Positions 14,095-27,284 of a stretch of DNA of 64,000 nt are shown in pieces. Numbering within the stretch: position 1 is the first letter of the stretch; the number at the start of each line of letters is the position of its first letter. A model generated the notes under the pieces. It had not been told where the DNA came from. It did not search any database and worked only from the letters and a program-made list of their open reading frames with translations. The stretch spans positions 23,994,001 to 24,058,000 of the forward strand of contig NC_043020.1 of NCBI RefSeq assembly GCF_006345805.1. The letters run 5' to 3'. The stretch is from Octopus sinensis (lineage: Eukaryota). A program made the position numbers and the translations under genes.

Positions 14095-14177
14095 TACTAC
14101 TACTACTACTACTGCTACTACTACTACTACTACTACTACTACTGCTACTACTACTACTACTACTACTACTACTGCTG

Positions 14178-14211
<34 letters not shown>

Positions 14212-14220
14212 TACTACAGC
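14095..14220. repeat. (CTA)n microsatellite with CTG interruptions
   Basis: Direct inspection. Confidence 0.95.
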
Positions 14221-15143
14221 CACTGCTACTAGTTCCTCCACAACAACCACGATAATGATGACCAGTCTACACAGCCGTGACTAACACATCGGTAGTGTGT
14301 GTGTGTTTGTGAGAGAGAGAAAGACAGAGATAAAAGAAAGAGGAAAAGAAAGGAAGAGAGAAAGAAATTAGAGAGAAGAAGAGTGAGAAAGAAAGAAAGA
14401 AAAAGAGACTGTGCGTTTGTGTGTATGCGTGCGTGCGTGTGTGTGTGTGTGTGTTTGAGAGATGGAGTAATAGGGAGAAATGTATAGAGAGAAAAGGAGG
14501 AGGAGGAGGAGTAAAAGACAGGACGAGGGGAAGAGGGGACGAAACGTCAGTTGTGTTTCAGAAACAAGTGAGAAATCTAATCGCCATCAAAGAACTTCGT
14601 CCGGCAAATTAAGATGTAAACCGGCTTAAACAAGGTTTGCTTATTAGAGTGGCTACACATTTGAAGTGTGCAGTTCGGGTACTTGCTGTGGGTGGCTGGA
14701 TATGGATATTCAGTCAGTGAGTGTTGGGTTGTAATGGGGGTATGTTACGGTGTTAGGGTACACTGAGTAATGCCTAAAGAATAAAACAGCAGACAATTAG
14801 TCTTGAGTGTTTGTGTGTGTGTGTGTATGTGTGTTTCTGTGATTATTCGCATTTGATCACAGTGGGGTTGTTGTTGTTGTTGTTGTTGTCGCTGTTGTTG
14901 TTGTTTATATTCTTGACGATTGTTTACATTTCCTCTTTGGACGCAGACTGAAGCCATTTCAACATCATTAAAAATTTCCACCTCCGTTACTATGTATGTG
15001 TGTGTGTGTGCGTGTACGTATGGTTCGATGCGCTATACATTTATATGTATAAATATATGAACGTATACATATGTGTGTGTATGTATGTATATATATTCAG
15101 TTTAATACATAATGCATACATTCACACATACACGCACATAAAC

Positions 15144-15174
<31 letters not shown>

Positions 15175-15200
15175 TGTATGTATGTATGTCTGTATGTATG

Positions 15201-15269
<69 letters not shown>

Positions 15270-15562
15270 AACGCATATATGTATTTACAAATGTATGTTT
15301 GCATGTGTGTAGAAGCATACATACATATATGTGCGTATGTATGTATGTATGTAGTATGTATGTATGTATGTATGTATATCTATATACTTGTGTGAGTGTT
15401 TACATGGATCATATGTATATCTCTTCAGTGCAATTTAAACAGACACCCGCTGGCGGCGGCGGCCATCAAGCTCCCTTACATCTGCTTTTCTCTTTTAGTT
15501 TCAAACCATTTCAGCCTTTTTATAAATATAAAACTTTCTTGTTTCCCTCATTTTTTGTTCTT

Positions 15563-15564
<2 letters not shown>

Positions 15565-15613
<49 letters not shown>

Positions 15614-15730
15614 ACTACTACTACTACTACTACTACTATTGTTATTATTACTGTTACTATTATTATTGTTGTTGTTATTGTTTTTATTATTATTGTTACT
15701 ATTATCATTGTTGTTATTATTATTTTTATT
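15565..15730. repeat. (CTA)n then (TTA/TTG)n microsatellite
   Basis: Direct inspection. Confidence 0.9.
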
Positions 15731-17619
15731 GCCGTTGTAATTTCTGGATTGGTTGATCTGTTAGAATGTCGGACAAAATTCCTTGTGGTATTTCTGCCCT
15801 CCATTTACCATTTGTTCGAATCTCACCGAGGTCAAATACGGTTTTTCGCCCGTTAATGCCCGATAATATAAAGACCCAGCCAAATACTTAGGTCGACTGA
15901 TCTCCTGTCTCAAAATTGTTGCGTACATACATACATGCATACATATGTATAATATGGCACACATGTTTTGGAAAGACGTCTTTCGTAATATGTAGGCGTT
16001 TTCACTCTTTACTTCTTTTCAAATACACGTGTTATGAGGTAATTTGTAATGAGGACATTCTTTTTAATAGTAACGTTGATTATTGCCGGTTCAGTTTCGG
16101 GTTTAGAGTACTTATAAAGTAGTCTTCTTTAACCTTTCGTAGTTGTTTATGTGCCTGCCTTTGTATATGTCTTTGTGTGAATGCGTGTGTGTTTACATAC
16201 ATGCATTCTTATTCTGCTTGTTAAGTACAGAGAAAGTGATAATACGAGCGACATGTGCAGGCTCTCCGTAACCGGTGTAGTTGATACTATTGCTGCTCCG
16301 TTTAAGCTCTAGTAGGACAGATATGAGCAGGGAGGCGGGATGACCTTCTGGAAAAGAAGGATTCGGCATGGTTTGTCGGTCCGCGGAAGGGCAGGTTGAA
16401 CGAAACAGGATGAAAAGACCAGTAGATCATTGTTATCTGAACCGTGAAGATACGAAGCCAGCTTGCTCCGAGGAGCAGAAAGCCATTTTAGTAGTGAAAG
16501 GAAAGATTGAAATAGGAGAAATAGCATACATTTAGGCTAGAGAATGCAACATATCAATTAGTCGAATGTTCCCACTGTTGATGCGTCCAGAGACCCCTAT
16601 TTATCCAGCAGCAACACCATCCCGTATATCGCAGAACTCTGAATTCAATGCGGGTTTGATTTAAACATTGTAGAATGTCAGAGACTGAAATGGTTTTACT
16701 GATCTTCAAGAGAAGTGCTAGATTTAGGATGCGGTCTTAGGAAAAAGATGTCATTTCACTTAGAATGATCATCATTTCGAATGAGCTCCAGCTTTTGGAA
16801 CCATTGTGGGTGTCCCAACTGAGTGCTCTGTGTGCATAGGGCTCTTGTGGTGGTGTTATCTTGATATAAGTAATGCTTGAGCTTAATAAACAGGGCTTAT
16901 ACAGTCCTAAAAGAGGGTAAGATTTTTGCGGTCTTCGTTTATCCTATCAAATCTGGGCTGCGTGGGTGAGTGGGTGGTGTGTAGGTAGCATTTGACGGTC
17001 CGTATTCAGGGAAAAATAGCAAAGGATGAAGTGGCTTGTCATCTGCTTCAGTATAAGTGTTGTATGATGTGATGATGGGGAGATGAAGACTGCAAAATAA
17101 AACCAAAGTCAGGGACTTAATTAATTGAGTGTAGGGCAGATAGAACTCCGTCAGCATATGCCGCTATTTCATCATCTCTCTCTGTACATGTACACACACA
17201 CACACACACACACACACCACACACACACACATAGGAGATTGTAGCAGTGATTCGATCAATCCCTAAGGATAACTGATGGATTTTTTGTATTCCGAAATAT
17301 TATATCAGATTCTGGGATGATCAAATTACACCAGTTATTATAGTCCATTGTTGTTACTACAGTGCGCTGTTGTGCCATTCAAAACACATTATTACTATGT
17401 AATATTATTGTTTACTTATATATATGTATGTATACATATAGGTATATATAAGCGTATGTCCGGAAATGAATACCAAACCCCTGGTATTTCCAGCAAACTG
17501 TGTGGTCAGAAACTTCGAGAAAACACTATTCACTGCATTAGGAAATAAATATTGCTGTTCTTGTCGTTTAGGTAGCAAACATATTGTGTAACGTGAAGGC
17601 CCTCGAAACAGGTACTGTT

Positions 17620-18200
17620 CATGCAAGGTTTCTACAATAGGCACAAGCCCCGAAAGGATGACAGGCAAAGTGGACTTCGGCAGAATTTGAACTCAGAATA
17701 TAAAGATGGACGAAATGCCGCTACACATTTTGTCCGGCGTGCTAACGTTTCCATCAGCTCATAATAGATAACCTTTCAATTATAGGTGTAAGAACTGAAA
17801 TTTTGAAGAAGGAGCAAGTCGATCCCAAAAGTATTATGAATTCCGAAAGGACGTCAGGCAAAAATCGATATCGGCCTTCTTTGAAAGTTTTGGTATATGA
17901 CCAGCAATCTTACGGACAAGGGATTATTCGATTACATGGACCCAACTATTCATCTAGTAATTATTTTATCGACCCCCAAAAGAATCAAAAGTTTGTGATT
18001 TAGGTATAAGGTCAGTTATTCCATGAAGAGGAAGTTAGTTTTTTTCATTGACACCATTACCTAAAGGCTACGTTATTTCCTTCACCCTCGAAAGGCAGAA
18101 AGGAACCGTTGTTTTCGGCGAGATTTGAACTTACAAATACGGACGAAAAGCGTGATCGTTGCTTATATCGTTATGAATGTCATAGATGCTTTAGCATTTA
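17620..18200 (-). mobile_element. Degraded family A SINE copies
   Basis: cccgaaaggatg..ggcaaagtggacttcggcagaatttgaactcagaa motifs. Confidence 0.65.
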
Positions 18201-18373
18201 CTTTTTTTCTTGAAATCTAATTCGCTGTTCCATCACTTTTCCTCGGTTTGGCATTAAATTTTATGAAGACAAAACGGAAAATCAAAATCGTTAAACGATG
18301 TAAACGTTATTAAAAAAGATTTCATGATTTCATGTACATAATATCGAAATGTTGACTCACTCGTCTTCTCTCC

Positions 18374-18458
<85 letters not shown>

Positions 18459-18817
18459 TACATATAAATATATATATATATATACGTATATATATATACA
18501 TATATGTATATACATACATATATATATATCTGTATATACATGTGTGTGTGTGGATATATATATACATACATACATATATATATTTACATATATATATATA
18601 TATATATACATATATATATACAGACATATATACATACATATATATATATATATACATATATATCTGTATATACATGTGTGTGCGTGTACATATATATATA
18701 TATATATACATACATACATATACATATATATATATATCTGTATATACATGTGTGTGTGTGTGTGTGTGTCTGTGTGTGTGTGTGTGTGTAAATATATATA
18801 TATATATAAATACACAT

Positions 18818-18860
<43 letters not shown>

Positions 18861-18867
<7 letters not shown>

Positions 18868-19281
18868 ATTACATACATATATAGATATACTTAGAAAGAG
18901 AGCAATGTTAATAGGTACTAGCTATAGATATTTATGTATATAGACACACATATATAAAGATACATAGACGGAAATATACGTGCATAGAAATACGTATGTA
19001 CATTTAAAAAATACAGACGTATGTATATGCTATATAAATGTGTGTATGTATATATTTATACACATGTATTTTTGCATTTGTCTGTTTATGCTGGCCAGTA
19101 CATTTATATAGCATATACATACGTCTGTATTTTTTAAATGTACATACGTATTTCTATGCTCGTATATTTTCGTCAATGTATCTTTATATATGTGTGTCTA
19201 TATACATAAATATTTATAGCTAGTACCTATTAACATTGCTCTCTTTCTAAGTATATCTATATATGTATGTAATTATATATA
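18861..19281. repeat. Inverted repeat, ~181-bp core arms, 58-bp spacer; similarity extends into flanking TA/TG tracts
   Basis: 18861-19041 is the reverse complement of 19100-19281 with scattered mismatches. Confidence 0.9.
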
Positions 19282-19454
19282 GGTGTGTGTGTGTGTGTGT
19301 TTTTTTGCGTGTTTATATATATATATATATTTACACACACATGTATATACAGATATATATATATATATGTATATGTATCTATATATATATATGTACACGC
19401 ACACACATGTATATACAGATATATATATATGTATGTATATATATATATGTATAT

Positions 19455-19506
<52 letters not shown>

Positions 19507-19517
19507 ACACATGTATA

Positions 19518-19604
<87 letters not shown>

Positions 19605-20626
19605 ACACACATACGTATATATATGCATAGATACATTTATATATGTGCATATATATATATATATATATATATACGCATATATATATAGGCATATATATAT
19701 ATGCATATATTTATATATATATATATATATATATACTCACACATATATACATACCTGTATGTTTGTGCGTTTGTATGCATATATGTCTGTATGTGTGCAT
19801 GCAAAATGTATGTATAATACACGGATTATACAGAGAAAAATAAATACAAACGCATAATTGAAACGTACATATAAAAATCTAATTTTTATGTAGATGCATA
19901 GTTGCATATATATATACATATATACTCAAACATACATACATACATACTTATATATATATATATGTATGTATGTATGTGTGACTTTGTATGTATCGATATA
20001 TAATTTAAACTTATGAAGATGCATATTTACTCACACGTATATACGTATATGTATATATATATATAATTTAAACGTATGTATAGACATGTAATTTTTATGT
20101 AGATGCATACATACACACATTACTATGTATGTATGTATGTATATCTGTAGTGAGAGACTGGGAATTAGATACATATCCAAAAATACTTATATATTCCCAG
20201 GAAAATCTAATTCTGCAGAATGTCACTATGGCCGTTATTTTTGGTTTCTTTTGCTTTCCTAAATATTGGTCCGAATATTATTTTTGTTTTTCAATAACTT
20301 TTTTTAATAAATTCTTTCTAAACACACACATACCATCACTCACGCATTTACGTGTATACTAGTGTATGTATAAAAGATTTATGCGTGCGTATACATACAC
20401 ACACATATGTGTAGATATATATATGTGAATGTGCGGGTGTGTGTATTTGTGTCTGTCCATGTGTATAAATGTATATTCATATATATCTCTATGTACAAAT
20501 AAACACGTACTTTTTAGGCACGTTCACACACACATATATATGCAAACATATAAATATACATATTTACATATTTATGTATACGCAAGTGTATATCGCCAAG
20601 ATTTATATCATGAATAACTATTACAA

Positions 20627-20661
<35 letters not shown>

Positions 20662-20771
20662 CACACATATTTAGACATATGTAATATCACTACATGTATA
20701 TGTATATATTTTCATGCATACGCATATATATATATATCTATGCATACATATATTTATACCTATTTATATAC

Positions 20772-20802
<31 letters not shown>

Positions 20803-21594
20803 ATATATATATATATATTATATATATATACATCTATTTACATATATATATATATATATATACATCTGTTTATATACATAGATACATATATATATATACA
20901 TACGTAGATACATATATATACATATTTATATACATATACATACATCCACTTGCGTCCTTTAGTCTAGCTTGGACATCATGGCGCCTATTGATCAATCACG
21001 TGGTACGCTCCATAGAACATCTTGTCAATAAATGAATAATTTTTTTCCTCAAACTGAAACAATTGAACATAATACCATTTTATTTAAAATAAAAAATATA
21101 TATTTTCCTTGATTTTTTTCCTTCTCTTAAATTTTTAAAAACATTTGTGTTTTCTTTATTTCGTTTTTATGTTCCTGAAATTTTGAATATATTACTGGCC
21201 GTTGCGACATTAAAATCTCATCTTGGAGAAACGTCTGTTTTACATGCCTTCCTGGTTTTATTCTCTTGCTTATTTTCCCATAAAGAAGGAGACAATCTCC
21301 AACTAAGAACTTATGGATACTTTACGTATTGAATTTAGTCAGCAACAGTAACAACAATAAAAATAATAACAGCAATAAAACAAACAACAACAACACGAAG
21401 AACAACTGAAGCGGTGGCAACTGTGCAGCTTAAAGACAAAAACAGTGACACCAGCTGCAGAAGAAGCAGCAATGTGAAATCGGCAGCAAAATAGGAAGAA
21501 CTCTTATTTCTGAAAAATCCTGTATTTATAGTTTATGGTTTAATTACACCCCCCCCCCCACACACACATATTTGCAAACACATTCACCATATGG

Positions 21595-21765
21595 GTGCTA
21601 ACGTGGCTGTATGGTAAGAAGCTTGCTTCCCAGCCACATGGTTCCGGGTTCAGTCCCACTGCATGACACCTTGGCGAAGTTTCTTCTATTATAGCCTCGG
21701 GTCGACCTAACCATTGTGAGTGGATTTGGTAGATGAAAACTGAAAGAAGCCCGTCGTATATACAC
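21595..21765 (+). mobile_element. CORE-type SINE family B head
   Basis: gtaagaagcttgcttcccagccacatggttccgggttcagtcccactgcatgacaccttggcgaagt. Confidence 0.85.
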
Positions 21766-22013
21766 ACACACACACACATATACATATATATGTGTGTGTA
21801 TATATTTAAGATCCAAGGATCGAAGTGTAGGAAGAAAGTTAGCGTCAACCGATCCGTAGTAAATATAAAAAACAACTTTCAGGGACAATTGTGGTTTACT
21901 GAGATGGAAGGTTGTAGATTTGTTCGTATCGAAGAAAGATAAACTGGAAAAAAGTTATTTTTCTATTTCACGGTAGGCGACCATGGTTGGCAGGAACGCG
22001 AATAAGAATACAA

Positions 22014-22313
22014 AATTCAAGGAATGGAGTAGATAAGATCCGAGTTACATATGTTCCATAGCGAGAGGAACTTCGGAAGTGGTAAATATCCAAGCGAGGT
22101 GTATACTGCAGGCTGCTCGTCAGGCCAAGGGTATCTAGGTTGAATGAAAGTTTGCACTGACGTAAGGGGGTACTTGTTAACACATGGAGGAATCGATCAG
22201 AAGAATCAAAGATACCATTGGTCTGACGATAAACCTGAATATTTACCACTTCCGAAGTTCCGCTCACTATGAAACATGTAGCCCGAATTCCTTAACTATT
22301 CCATTTCTTAACT
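22014..22313. repeat. Imperfect inverted repeat (fold-back element)
   Basis: ggaacttcggaagtggtaaatat (left) versus atatttaccacttccgaagttcc (right); inner tcgtcag.ccaa.ggtatct also matches. Confidence 0.8.
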
Positions 22314-22429
22314 CTTGTGTGTATATATATACATATCTACACATACTAAATGTATCGACCGTAACCCGATGGGTCACAACCACTCCAAGTTGGAAATGTC
22401 GATGCGCTGCGGGAGAGGAAATAATACTA

Positions 22430-23010
22430 CTTCGAACTTCATGCAATAAAATTCTTAAACAATACAGTTCTCCTGCCTCTGATGTGACAACATAAACACT
22501 ACCAAGTGTTTCTTCTCTGAAAATGTTCAAATGGTCTTCAACTTGTTTCACTTGCTTTCTTCTTTGGCATTCTTTGTTGTTCCAAGTGAAATACACGGGT
22601 ACTTCAGCATAAAGCAATGTCTTTGCAAAGTCATCATTGATGCACAGTGAAAACAGTTCTGTCAATGTTGTTCTCATATGTCGTTCATTGAAAGCCATAT
22701 ATAGTCTCATAATTTATGTGCTATATTCTTTGTTCATCTGGAAGATGAACTTGCAGTCTCGCTATCGCAGGTGCTCTTTCATGGACTGAAAATCCTAAAA
22801 TGGATGCAACTCGTTCGGATGGTCCAATATACCCATCCATTAGATATTGATTAATTTCTTTACCTTTGTTTACTTGAACAGCAGCTTGGTCATTTCCTTT
22901 CTGCATGTGCTTCATGACCTACATAATTTACCTGAGGCAACGATTTCAACATTGCAGTAGCATTTGAATGCTCTTAAAAGAGTGTCATTATAAAGTACAA
23001 CCCATTTGTT
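22430..23010 (-). mobile_element. Helitron Rep/helicase pseudogene fragment
   Basis: NKWVVLYN..., KGNDQAAV..EINQYLMDGYIGPSERVASILGFSVHERAPAIARLQVHLPDEQRI and TTLTELFSLCINDDFAKTLLYAEVPVYFTWN..RRKQ..LGSVYVV..GELYCLRILLHEVR match known RepHel inter-domain motifs; frameshifted. Confidence 0.85.
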
Positions 23011-23098
23011 GTTGTTGTTTGTTTTTCCACTCTAATGAGATTCAATTCCTCCTATTGCAACTGATCTTCGTCTATGAAAAGATAATCTCTTTCGAGCC

Positions 23099-23530
23099 AT
23101 AACCAGCTGGCAGAAGATCTGCTTGGGGTTAAACTAATAGTAACACGGAACAGCCACTTGGATGTGGATTAAACTGCGCTTGTTAGTATAGTTACAAATC
23201 TGATCTCTTCTTGAGATTTTGCAACTAGCTATTTTGCATGATGCGAATCAGTGACCAATGGTCGCTTTGTTTACAATATGGTGCTGACTGGAGTGGACTC
23301 TGTGAATCGCTCTGACGACCAGTTACTCGCGACTGAAGATGAGCCAACCAGTTCGAAACTTGTAACTCTCGTGATCCTGTTGTCTGCTAGAGGATGCTAA
23401 GGGTTCGCAACCTCTGCTAGCAATATACATTGTATAAAAGGGTGCAGCGCCGCACCGATAACCAGCTGGTAGAAGATCTGCCTGGAATTAAACTAGTGGT
23501 AACATGGAACAGCCGCTTTGATGTTGCGAT
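23099..23530 (+). repeat. ~360-bp unit with ~72-bp terminal direct repeat (1.2-mer)
   Basis: ataaccagctgg.agaagatctgc.tgg..ttaaacta.t.gtaaca.ggaacagcc at 23099 and 23459. Confidence 0.8.
23327..23374 (+). ncRNA. Hammerhead-like motif, one mismatch in stem III
   Basis: tcgcga-CTGAAGA-t-GAGC caacca GTTC-GAAA-cttgtaac-T-C-tcgtga; stem I 6 bp, stem II 4 bp, C-C mismatch at 15.2/16.2. Confidence 0.45.
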
Positions 23531-23539
23531 TGACTTTAC

Positions 23540-23586
<47 letters not shown>

Positions 23587-23634
23587 ACACACACACACAC
23601 ACAAGCACAATCATGCATATATTTTATCTTTTAT

Positions 23635-23960
23635 CATTTACTTGTTTCGGTCATCATGCTCCGATAAGACTGGCACTTATTCTGTGAGTCTCTTTTACTG
23701 AATCGCTTTGTTATGGCAACGTAAAGACACCAACACCGACTGTCACGCTGTGTCGAGGGACGAACAGACACAAACACACACGCGCACACATAGACACAAG
23801 CTCATATATAAAATAAGCTTATTTCAGTTGCCGTCTACCAAATCCACTCTCAATGCTTTAGTCGGCCTGAGGCTATACTAGAAGTCACCTGCCCGAGGTG
23901 CAACGCAGTGGGACTGAACTCGGAACCATGTAACTGCAAATGAGATTTCTTACCACACAT
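23635..23960 (-). mobile_element. Composite family B SINE (head, internal microsatellite, 3' module)
   Basis: Head at 23810-23960 and 3' module at 23635-23790 in the same orientation. Confidence 0.75.
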
Positions 23961-24394
23961 GGATATACACACATAGACATATTTTTTATTTTAGGGTGTA
24001 ACCTTGTTGCTTTATATATTAAATTCTGCATAATTACGCAAAAAATACACTGTTTAGTGAGAATCACACCACCGCCAACTAATTCAATAACCTTGTCCAG
24101 AAACTGTGATAATACCGTAGATAAAGGACATATGTTAGAAAGGAAGAAGATGTTTTGATAGGAGTTACTCCCTGAACGAACTCCCGGCTTCCCCTTATAA
24201 ATAAGAGTAAAATGACAGGATATACTGTTGAGAAAGTAGATTAGGAAGAGCCATTTTTTTCTCCCTTTTTGTAGATGTAATAATCTCATTTTATTATTGT
24301 TGTGGGTGTTACACTCGCTTTTTTCCCCCGCAGTATATTAAAGAGTTCCGACAGAACTCTGTTAAATTATAATTGACAAAGGTAAGGTTCGTTT

Positions 24395-24404
<10 letters not shown>

Positions 24405-24429
<25 letters not shown>

Positions 24430-24615
24430 CGTATATGTATTATGTAAGTTTTTTGTAGCTATAGCATCTCCAGGTTACTTATTCGTTGATTGTTTTGCCA
24501 TAAATTGTGCTTTATTAGGATATTTTTTCTCTAAACGGAAACATTTAACAATTAAATAGATACATATGCTCTTTATTTGTGAGGGCGTGTATATATATGT
24601 CTATATGTCTATATT

Positions 24616-24669
<54 letters not shown>

Positions 24670-25263
24670 TCTCACAAAAAATAAGTTATTTGCTGGAGTA
24701 AAATATGTAAACCATAGGTCTAGATGTAATAATATGGTTATATGGTTATTATTATATGATGTGCAAGTTCTTCTCTACATACATGCATACAATCATCCAT
24801 ACACACATATATACATGCAAATTATGTATATGTACACTTATCTGTATATATTATATATACATATGTGTGTGTGTATTTGTGTGAATGCATTGTATGTATA
24901 CATAAAGATTTAAATGTGTATGTATACAGTAAATTCATTCATGTATGTGTACACACATAAGCACACGCATATAGACATATATATACATGTCTGTGTGTAC
25001 ACGTATATGAGTCAATATATACATATATATGTACATCTCCATACACTCACATATGCACACACACACACACACACACATGTACGTATATGTATTATGTAAG
25101 TTTTTTGTAGCTATAGCATCTCCAGGTTACTTATTCGTTGATTGTTTTGCCATAAATTGTGCTTTATTAGGATATTTTTTCTCTAAACGGAAACATTTAA
25201 CAATTAAATAGATACATATGCTCTTTATTTGTGAGGGCGTGTATATATATGTCTATATGTCTA

Positions 25264-25300
<37 letters not shown>

Positions 25301-25700
25301 TCTCACAAAAAATAAGTTATTTGCTGGAGTAAAATATGTAAACCATAGGTCTAGATGTAATAATATGGTTATATGGTTATTATTATATGATGTGCAAGTT
25401 CTTCTCTACATACATGCATACAATCATCCATACACACATATATACATGCAAATTATGTATATGTACACTTATCTGTATATATTATATATACATATGTGTG
25501 TGTGTATTTGTGTGAATGCATTGTATGTATACATAAAGATTTAAATGTGTATGTATACAGTAAATTCATTCATGTATGTGTACACACATAAGCACACGCA
25601 TATAGACATATATATACATGTCTGTGTGTACACGTATATGAGTCAATATATACATATATATGTACATCTCCATACACTCACATATGCACACACACACACA
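24405..25700. repeat. Tandem duplication, period 652 bp, bounded by (CA)n
   Basis: Identical ORF starts at 24566 and 25218; t24426 aligns with t25078. Confidence 0.9.
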
Positions 25701-26048
25701 CCCACTCACATATACGTATATATATATAGGCATATACATACACATATGTATGTATACTTTAGAAAATCCAAACGTTAAAAATTGTGAATGAAGCAGAGAG
25801 AAGTCAATAGCTTGTGTAATCTATCTAAATTGTTTCCTCAAAGGTTTAATGACGAACAAAAATAATAATAAGAAAAAATAATAGTATGCCTGTTCGTGCT
25901 TGTTAGTATTGATAGAAATAGCAGACAAACCACCCTCAGATACCAGAAGGTACCCTATGGAAAAGTAAGGCAAAGAAAATAGAAAAGTTCGAAATCTTTT
26001 GATCATCACTCAGCTCAATCAAAGATGCTTTAAGATAAAACGACAACT

Positions 26049-26083
<35 letters not shown>

Positions 26084-26310
26084 TACTACTACTACTACTA
26101 CTACTACTATGTTGCTGATGTTACTGCTGCTGCTGCTGCTACTACAACTACTACTACTACTATTGCTGCTACTACAACTACTAATATAACAACTACTACC
26201 ACCACCATCGCCACTACCACTATTACTCCTCTTAAAGTAGAGGCCGCAATGATCATCGCCATAATCACCATCATCATCATCACTAGCACCATAATAACAA
26301 TACCATCACA

Positions 26311-26581
26311 ACCACCCACACTAACGCCACCACCCACATCAACCTCACCACCCATACCAACGCCATCACCTACACGAACCCCACTAGAAACAGCAATGCC
26401 AGTACTTTCACCAACCCTACCACCCATACCAACGCCACCACCCACACAAATCTCACCTCACACCCAAACACCACCGCCCACACGAACGCCACCACCCAAA
26501 CATACCAACACCACCAGCGACATCAACGCTACCACCCACAGAAACGCCACCAGCTACACAAGCACCACCACCACCATCTGA
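26311..26581 (+). repeat. 18-bp degenerate minisatellite (consensus accacccacacnaacgcc)
   Basis: About 14 units, period 18, one 4-nt insertion. Confidence 0.75.
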
Positions 26582-26666
26582 AGACCAACTGCCCACGCTT
26601 CCATTCACTCCACACTCGTATTCAGCATTTGCTTTAATTCTTGGTAAAATATTATTAAATATTATA

Positions 26667-26837
26667 CAAGGTGTTCAAAAAGTCTCTCCCAAAACTATTA
26701 ATGAGCTAAAAGACGCAATCATGACCTTCACATGGTCCATACCGCGTCAGACTCCCCAAGATGTAGTTTAAAACACGTGTAGAAGAGTCAACTTAAGTAT
26801 TGAAAATGAAGGACGACACTTTCAACGCCTCTTATAA
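26667..26837 (+). mobile_element. Tc1/mariner deletion derivative (TIR plus transposase C-terminus)
   Basis: TA-caaggtgttcaaaaagtc followed by PKTINELKDAI..VV*NTCRRVNLSIENEGRHFQRLL*. Confidence 0.6.
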
Positions 26838-26894
26838 AGGTTTTTAAAGTCTTGTAAAGTCTAATATATTCTTTTGTAGTCTTTATACCATCTA

Positions 26895-26931
<37 letters not shown>

Positions 26932-27284
26932 ATATAATATAATATTTTACGTTATATTTTGACATTTATAGGCATTTTTATGGACCACGGCCTATATTCG
27001 CCGCGTAATACCGGGGTACAACTGTATTGGCAACGGCCAACGTTCCACAAAAATCCTTGGCCAGGTCTGTACAAAGATGTGAAGATGCAAGATCAACTCT
27101 GTTCGACAGAGAACCTTTTGTAGTCTACAAAATGTCACTATGCAATTGAGGGAAATGAAGTGTCTTGCTCAACGGTACAATGCTCCACCGCTGCTGCTCT
27201 GTTCCGGAAACAAACCCGCGATTATATGATCGCTCGTCCAAAAGCTTAATCGCGCATCTCCGTCTATCAACTTGCAGTGATACC

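Noticed and set aside
16300-17150. Coding exon or identifiable LINE fragment
   Set aside because: Complex sequence, but no long open frame or recognisable domain
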